Positions 58,058 to 64,000 of a stretch of DNA of 64,000 bases are shown here, piece after piece; the first letter of the stretch is position 1, and each line of letters begins with the position of its first letter. Source of the stretch: Patescibacteria group bacterium (lineage in GTDB: Bacteria > Patescibacteriota > Patescibacteriia > JAXHNJ01); NCBI GenBank assembly GCA_041649715.1, contig JBAZMP010000001.1, forward strand, positions 146,741-210,740. The letters are read 5' to 3'. Position numbers and translations under genes: made by a program. The notes under the pieces are model-generated. The model was not told the origin of the DNA, did no database searches, and saw only the letters and a list, made by a program, of their open reading frames with translations.

Positions 58058-61000
58058 ATGCCGAGTATTTTCCAAAACAAAAAAATCAGGTCTCTGGCCG
58101 TTTTTTCCGGCCTGGTTTTGGTCATCGTCGGAATCGGTCTTATCTGGCCGCAGGGCGCCGCTTTAGCCGATGACGGCATGAATTTTATCGAAAGCGCCAT
58201 ATCATGGATCCTGATGCGGATCGTCGGATTTTTGGCCAATCTCCTTGTTCAGATCATCAATATTTTGGTCGCCGTGGCCAAATACAACGATTTTATCAAC
58301 GCCACGGCGGTGGTCAAGGGCTGGGTGATTGTCCGCGACGTCTGCAACATGCTTTTTATCGCCATTCTGCTCGTGATCGCTTTCGGCACGATCTTCAAAT
58401 GGGAGGCTTATCGTTACACCCGTTTGCTGCCCAAGTTCATCTTGATGGCCGTCCTGATCAATTTTTCCAAGTTCATCTGCGGTTTTTTCATTGATTTTTT
58501 CCAGGTGCTGATGATGACTTTTGTCAATGCTTTCGCCGGCGTGGCCGCCGGCAATTTCATCAACGGCCTGCATCTTCGGGAAATGGTGTCGTTTAGGGAA
58601 GATGCCGGCACCGACGTCAGCCTAAGCGGTGTGTTCGGCGCTTTGCTTTTAGCCGTCACCCTTTTGTTGATCGCGGTGGTGGTCATGCTGGTTATCACCA
58701 TTTTTTTGCTGTTCAGGATAATGATGCTCTGGATCCTGGTGGTGCTTTCTCCGCTCGCTTTCGTCCTGCGGGCCTGGCCCGGCAAGGGCGAGCGTTACGC
58801 CTCGGAGTGGTGGGACCAATTCACCAATAATCTGACCTCGGGGCCGATCCTCGCTTTCTTTATCTGGTTGTCCTTATCCGTCATGACCTTAAGTTCCGGC
58901 GACCCTGAAACGACCTGTCAGGGCACCAATCCAAACGTCGCCGGCATCCCCTGTGTTGATACCACCGAGCAGACGGCTTCAACGACCGCTCCTACCACCG
59001 GTGTCAGCGGCAAGGTCGCTTCCACTATTTCCGCGATCTCTGAATCCGATACTCTTTTAAGCTATATAATTTCCATCGCCATGCTCATGGGTTCTTTAAT
59101 GATGGCCCAGAAAATGGGCGGCATGGGCGGGCAGCTGGCCGGCCAAGCTTTAGGCGGCGTCCAGAAGCGTCTTAGCACGGCCCTTAAATACGGCGCGGCC
59201 GGCGCGGCCGGCGGTGCTTTGGGTGTGGCTTTATGGAAGGGTCGGGGTGTTATCAGTAAAGCGCCGGGCTGGGCACGCCGCAAGGTCACTGGTGGAATTG
59301 TCAGCACGGCCGCCAGCAGCAAAGTATTACAGGGAGCCATGGGCTATGCTACCCGCGCCCCGATTATCGGCGCATTGGCCGGACAAGGCTTAAGCCGGAT
59401 GCAAAGACGGCAAAAGGCGGATAAGGCGAAAGCTGAAGAATATGTAAATAGTTTTGATCAAAATACCAAGGCCGGCGCCCGTGCCCTGACCAACATGGCT
59501 AATGCCCCTTTGATTGGGCGGCTAACGGATTCTCGCCGAAAAATCCGTTCCGCGGCTCGCAATATCATGCCTACAAGTATTAGGGATCCAAGGAGAAGAC
59601 AGGAGCAGATTAATAGAATGGACGTGAAAGCAATAGGCGCGCTTAGCATCCGTGAACAACAGAATCTTGGGCGGGAGCACTCGTTGGGCAACATAGATCT
59701 TTTCCAAAATCAAGACCTGATAGACTACGCCCAGAGGAACCAGAACTTTAGAGGTAATTTAAGCCGGGGATCGGTGAGGGATGTTGTTGATCGGAGGGGT
59801 ACTCCTGTTCCTGGTATTGTCAATCCCGCTACCGGTGAAGCGCTCTTAGGTCTCGCGACAGGTGGCGTGCCATTTGGATGGGGACGCGGATCGGTCGGTC
59901 CGGGTACTAATTTGCCTCCACTCCGGCGCCTCGCTTCGTGGTGGGAGCGCAACAAATCACAGGGAGATGGGGATTGGAGCCTTAATGCCCTGAACCGCGG
60001 GCAGAAAAATGAGATCGGCCTGGATTTTAGCAAGTTCGGTGATAAGTTTCAGCAACGTTTGCTTGAGGGTTCCGGCAGAAGAGACGTTAAGCATATTAAG
60101 GGCGCGGACTTAACCAGAGGCGATATTAATAGGGCGGCAACAGAATTAGTGCCTATTTTGGATAAGGAAATCGCCCGCCTGAAAGAAGAAGGCGGCAGCC
60201 AGGAAGAAATAGACGAGGCGCAAAAGACGCGTGACATTTTTGCTAACCCGGAAGCCGTAAAAAACATGGATCATCTTGATCTTATTAATACTTCCGCCGT
60301 TAATTATAAACGCGGACAATTAAGAATAACTAAGCCCCATGAAGAAATTCACGGTGAGGGAGTGACTGACGAAAAGTCCGTTGATCAGATCGTAAAAATA
60401 TTAGCCGAAAACAAGATGCGTAGTTTGGCGCCGGTGATGGCGCGTTACGTGCGTTCGGGTTTATCCCCCAAACAAGCCGCCAAAGAGCTTCAGCCGGTGA
60501 TGGATAAAATAAATTCCGAAAGGGCCAAGAGTAATCGCGGCGAAAAAGGCATGAGACCGGAAGAGGTCATTGAGGAGATGACAGGCTTTAAGACCGGTTA
60601 TTTGAAGGAACGGATTATCCGGCCCGAACGGCAAAAATCACCGGAAGAAATTGCCCAAATCGAAGCCGAAGATAAAGCGCAAAAAGAAGCCGCCGCCGCC
60701 GAAGATAAAGCGCAAAAAGAAGCAGTTATTAAAGAGGAGGAAGCCAAACGTAAAAGTGCCGCTTTTGCCGAGGAATTGGGCGTTAAGCCTGGTATTATTA
60801 GCGAGGAAGAACGTCAACCGTCCAGGTATTCTCAGACTATTGGTCCGGGGACAGCGAAACTGGAAAGAGAAATGGCGGAAGAAGCAAGGAGAAAAGTCCA
60901 GGAAGCGGCGGTTCGCTTTGGCGTCAAGCCCGAGTCTTTAGGCGAGGAAACAGCCGCCCCTAAATATTCAAAAACTTATGGTCCGGCGGCGGAAAAGATG

Positions 61001-61684
61001 GAAAGAGAAATTGCGGAAGAGCAGGCTCGCAAGCGGGAGGAGAAATTCGGCCGAGCGGTTAAACCCGCCCCGAAACCGACCGCCCAAAAAGCGGAGAAAA
61101 AGTCCACTATTCTTTATAGCGCCAGCGGTGCCCCGATTAATCCGGAGGAATATAGCCCCGCGGCCGAGCAAGAAGAAAAAGCCGTATCCGAGGAAAAACC
61201 AGCCGTTAGTGTCGGTCAGCCGGCTCCGTCCGCGACCGTTGTGCCCCCTGAATTAAAACAGAATGCCGGCCTTAACAGCCAACTGGACAAGCTTGGCAGT
61301 TTCCTGGAACAGATGGAAGGCAATCTAAAACCTGATTATGAAAAATTGTCTTCGGCGTTAGAAAAACTGAGACAGGAGATCAATAAAAGTAAAACGTCTT
61401 CCGCCGCTAATATTTCTAAAAATATGGTTGATCCCCTTTTGCGGGCGACAAGCCTCGGCCCTAATTTGACCGCGTCTGAGTTCGTAAGATTGTCGGATAA
61501 TCTAAAACGTTTAGTAGAAGTCTTTAATAAAAAAAGTGTGCCGGAAGCGAGTAAGGGGGAAAAGCCGGCAAAAAAAATAGGACGGGAAGAAGAAAAAACT
61601 GGGAACGAGACTGTTGGGTTTGAAGAAAGAACGTCCAAAAATCCGCTTTCTTCACGCGCGGACGATAATAAAGATAATTATTAG
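58058..61684 (+). CDS. VirB6/TrbL-like polytopic membrane protein with a long charged C-terminal tail
   Basis: GW.IVRD.CNM.FI..LL.IAF.TI, L.A.LINFS, R...LW.L..LSPLAF, WW..F; Gly/Ala-rich linker; repetitive tail. Confidence 0.75.
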   Translation: MPSIFQNKKIRSLAVFSGLVLVIVGIGLIWPQGAALADDGMNFIESAISWILMRIVGFLANLLVQIINILVAVAKYNDFINATAVVKGWVIVRDVCNMLFIAILLVIAFGTIFKWEAYRYTRLLPKFILMAVLINFSKFICGFFIDFFQVLMMTFVNAFAGVAAGNFINGLHLREMVSFREDAGTDVSLSGVFGALLLAVTLLLIAVVVMLVITIFLLFRIMMLWILVVLSPLAFVLRAWPGKGERYASEWWDQFTNNLTSGPILAFFIWLSLSVMTLSSGDPETTCQGTNPNVAGIPCVDTTEQTASTTAPTTGVSGKVASTISAISESDTLLSYIISIAMLMGSLMMAQKMGGMGGQLAGQALGGVQKRLSTALKYGAAGAAGGALGVALWKGRGVISKAPGWARRKVTGGIVSTAASSKVLQGAMGYATRAPIIGALAGQGLSRMQRRQKADKAKAEEYVNSFDQNTKAGARALTNMANAPLIGRLTDSRRKIRSAARNIMPTSIRDPRRRQEQINRMDVKAIGALSIREQQNLGREHSLGNIDLFQNQDLIDYAQRNQNFRGNLSRGSVRDVVDRRGTPVPGIVNPATGEALLGLATGGVPFGWGRGSVGPGTNLPPLRRLASWWERNKSQGDGDWSLNALNRGQKNEIGLDFSKFGDKFQQRLLEGSGRRDVKHIKGADLTRGDINRAATELVPILDKEIARLKEEGGSQEEIDEAQKTRDIFANPEAVKNMDHLDLINTSAVNYKRGQLRITKPHEEIHGEGVTDEKSVDQIVKILAENKMRSLAPVMARYVRSGLSPKQAAKELQPVMDKINSERAKSNRGEKGMRPEEVIEEMTGFKTGYLKERIIRPERQKSPEEIAQIEAEDKAQKEAAAAEDKAQKEAVIKEEEAKRKSAAFAEELGVKPGIISEEERQPSRYSQTIGPGTAKLEREMAEEARRKVQEAAVRFGVKPESLGEETAAPKYSKTYGPAAEKMEREIAEEQARKREEKFGRAVKPAPKPTAQKAEKKSTILYSASGAPINPEEYSPAAEQEEKAVSEEKPAVSVGQPAPSATVVPPELKQNAGLNSQLDKLGSFLEQMEGNLKPDYEKLSSALEKLRQEINKSKTSSAANISKNMVDPLLRATSLGPNLTASEFVRLSDNLKRLVEVFNKKSVPEASKGEKPAKKIGREEEKTGNETVGFEERTSKNPLSSRADDNKDNY

Positions 61685-61687
61685 CGC

Positions 61688-63049
61688 ATGAACTATTTAA
61701 AGGACATAATGCAAAAGTTTAATCAGCTGCCGGAGGCCGTTCGGGAGAGGGTTGATAATCCGGCGGCGGATGAAGTCATAAAAGAAATTGAAGACCGATA
61801 TCAAATTAGTCTAAAACTTTTGATAGTCTTGGTTATGGTCGGTGAAATTGAATTTGACGATATACCCGATTATCTTTATCACCAATATCATCTGGATGAA
61901 GAAGTAGCGGCCGACATCAGAGACGAGCTGGTCAAAAAGATTTTTGTTATGTTTCTTGACGAACAAGACAGGCAAGTGGCCAAGCCGGCTGAGGCGGTAA
62001 AAAACATTTTTAAAAGAAATCTAGTGGCATTCTTGAAGGCTACGGAAGATAATAGGCATGATATAAATGAGCGAATTATTTACATGATGGAAACCGACGA
62101 AACCATAAACGAGGAGGAGTTAGTGAAGCAGATCTTAGCTAATTCGGAGGAGTTAACGACTAAGCCGTTTTTAATCAACGGGCAGGAGGCGGCCCCCTCC
62201 ATCGCCAATTGGTTGCAGGATTTTATTAAATACCAGGGTTTTGATGATTTTGATAATTTTAGGATAGTTGAATATGTTTCCTCATCGCCGAACGCAAAAA
62301 TTCTGGACAAGGACGAAAAACAAATCCTCATGGATTTGATTCAGCTTTATCGCAATATCAAATTTTTTCCCACTCCGCAGGAAGGCGATCCGCGGGACTG
62401 GGAGGTTTTTCCTTTAGCCAAAGAGGAAAAAGAGTTTAAGGCGCTTTCTATCCCGGGCGGTCTAGAAAATGTTTCATCGTCCACGCCGGCCGGCCAGGTT
62501 TTGTCCTGGCAGGAAAAATTGAAAAAGATCAATGAAAAAAACGAGCCGTTCCTGTCCCGCCTGAAAAACTTGGCGGATATGACGCAGGCCCAAACAAAAG
62601 GGGATTTGCCCTCCATCATCATGACTTTGCTGAACGATTTTGAGGCGAAAAGGCAAGAGCCGTTTTTAGCCGGACTTTTCCTCCTGGTGAAAATGGAAGC
62701 CTGGCCGGCGGTCATGCAAGATGAGAACATAAAAAATCTATTGATAAAGACTGTATTGCCGCTTTTGAAAAAACAAAAAGCGGACATAAATCTAGAAAGA
62801 ATAATCGCTGATTTCGAGCAATCGTCAAATAGCGGCCTTTACGGAAAAATACTGCTTAAGTATTTTTTAAACGTGATAATGCCGGCGCAACTTCAGACTT
62901 CCGCCTATCTCGCCTCGCAGCTGGAAAATATTTTCGCCGCTTCAGGGCAAAAGGAATACTTGGGTCTGGCCTATTTCAATCTGTTAAGCGAAGAGTACGA
63001 ATGGGCAAACGTCGATTTCACGGCGGACGGCTTTTTAAAGATGGAATAA
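61688..63049 (+). CDS. Hypothetical protein (CPR-type)
   Basis: 453-aa ORF; KFNQLPE.VRE N-terminus; PSIANWLQDF motif. Confidence 0.75.
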   Translation: MNYLKDIMQKFNQLPEAVRERVDNPAADEVIKEIEDRYQISLKLLIVLVMVGEIEFDDIPDYLYHQYHLDEEVAADIRDELVKKIFVMFLDEQDRQVAKPAEAVKNIFKRNLVAFLKATEDNRHDINERIIYMMETDETINEEELVKQILANSEELTTKPFLINGQEAAPSIANWLQDFIKYQGFDDFDNFRIVEYVSSSPNAKILDKDEKQILMDLIQLYRNIKFFPTPQEGDPRDWEVFPLAKEEKEFKALSIPGGLENVSSSTPAGQVLSWQEKLKKINEKNEPFLSRLKNLADMTQAQTKGDLPSIIMTLLNDFEAKRQEPFLAGLFLLVKMEAWPAVMQDENIKNLLIKTVLPLLKKQKADINLERIIADFEQSSNSGLYGKILLKYFLNVIMPAQLQTSAYLASQLENIFAASGQKEYLGLAYFNLLSEEYEWANVDFTADGFLKME

Positions 63050-63124
63050 AGAATGGCGAAAAAGGCGGAGACAAGATTTTCCGCTTTTTCTTTTGCCTTA
63101 TCATAAAGAAATAATCCCGCGTTT

Positions 63125-63451
63125 ATGAAAATTTACCTAAAAAAAACTTTTGCCGACAATACGCCGACGCTTCTTAAAAAATGCGGCTATCACTATACCG
63201 GCGAATTCAGGGGGGAATCCGGTTTTGCCCGCCGGGCGGGGGCAGGCATTTATCCGCAATTTCATATTTACGTTAACCAAGACACGGACGAAGAATTAAT
63301 CCTGAATCTGCATTTTGACGCCAAGAAGCCTTCTTACGCCGGCTCTTCCATGCATTCAGGCGAGTATGATACGGAAATTGTAAAAGATGAGGCCGACAGA
63401 ATAAAAAATTTTATCGCCAGGGTCGCCGAGGAAAGCGGTAATCAGACTTAA
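63125..63451 (+). CDS. Conserved-looking hypothetical protein
   Basis: YPQFHIY, LNLHFD.KKPSY.G...HSGEYD. Confidence 0.75.
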   Translation: MKIYLKKTFADNTPTLLKKCGYHYTGEFRGESGFARRAGAGIYPQFHIYVNQDTDEELILNLHFDAKKPSYAGSSMHSGEYDTEIVKDEADRIKNFIARVAEESGNQT

Positions 63452-63589
63452 TTTTTTTGCTGGTTTAAGGGGTTATCAACCGAGAAAATAGGTTTATTCT
63501 TTTATTTGTGAAAAATGGCTAGTTATGTTATAATCATAACAAGATTTCACTCCGTTTTTCCCTAATTTTAACAATATTTTGTCTAAGAT

Positions 63590-64000
63590 ATGGGGGGTCA
63601 AACCATTTATTTGCTCTCGGAGCAAGCTTTAAAGGAAAAATTGGCCAATAATTTGCCGGAGATTCTCAGTTTGCCGGCCGTGGTTAAGGATTTTCGTTTA
63701 AAATTTTTAGGCTTAAGCCCTTCTCCCCGTCAAACTCTCGCCCAAGATATTATCGCCATATTAAAAGCTAATAATCAGGCCATCGGTCAGGCGTTAGTCA
63801 CGCAAAATGGTTTGAGATTACCGCCGACCTTGGCCAACTGGCTAGCTGATTACGCGGATTTCGCCGGCCAGTATTTTTCGCCAGAAAAAAGAGAAGAATA
63901 CCTTAAAACGGCGGAAAAAGATAATCTCGCCGGTAACGAACGGGTAGTTTTGGCAAATTTGTTTGATCTTTATGGATTTTTTTCTCAAATAACCAATGAT
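63590..64000 (+). CDS. Hypothetical protein, 5' part; shares a motif with 61688-63049
   Basis: Manual translation is open from ATG 63590 to the window end: ...LPPTLANWLADY...L..LFDLY. Confidence 0.7.
   Translation, partial: MGGQTIYLLSEQALKEKLANNLPEILSLPAVVKDFRLKFLGLSPSPRQTLAQDIIAILKANNQAIGQALVTQNGLRLPPTLANWLADYADFAGQYFSPEKREEYLKTAEKDNLAGNERVVLANLFDLYGFFSQITND

Noticed and set aside
1-64000. Alternative genetic code (UGA=Gly, as in Gracilibacteria/Absconditabacteria)
   Set aside because: Long conserved genes are uninterrupted in code 11, and TGA serves as a stop (e.g. tsaC).

Overview
Bacterial chromosome segment (genetic code 11), most consistent with Patescibacteria/CPR (Parcubacteria-like). 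That placement is inferred from the mostly SD-less AT-rich leaders, archaeal-type cmk, FG-GAP surface protein and giant Cys-rich proteins. Housekeeping genes include rpsO, pnp, cmk, lspA, comM/yifB, leuS, tsaC, rsmA, tRNA-His and tRNA-Arg. The main accessory feature is a ~7.7 kb island at the 3' end of tRNA-His (10805-18502), bounded by a decayed direct repeat. It carries a GC-rich four-gene operon (pseudokinase, vWA/MIDAS protein, adenylosuccinate-synthetase-like enzyme with a rebuilt substrate pocket, SAM-domain protein) and a convergent Pol-beta-type nucleotidyltransferase. This is the best candidate for an uncharacterised nucleotide-centred conflict or signalling system. Other points: a heptamer-repeat mini-element found both intergenically and in frame inside leuS; a T9SS-sorting-domain gene between two REP-invaded RAYT transposase remnants; a catalytically degenerate Xer recombinase; a very basic HARE-HTH protein; and a ~17 kb cluster of giant Cys-rich surface proteins ending in a VirB6/TrbL-like gene. 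All family calls come from motif recognition by eye, and no database searches were run.
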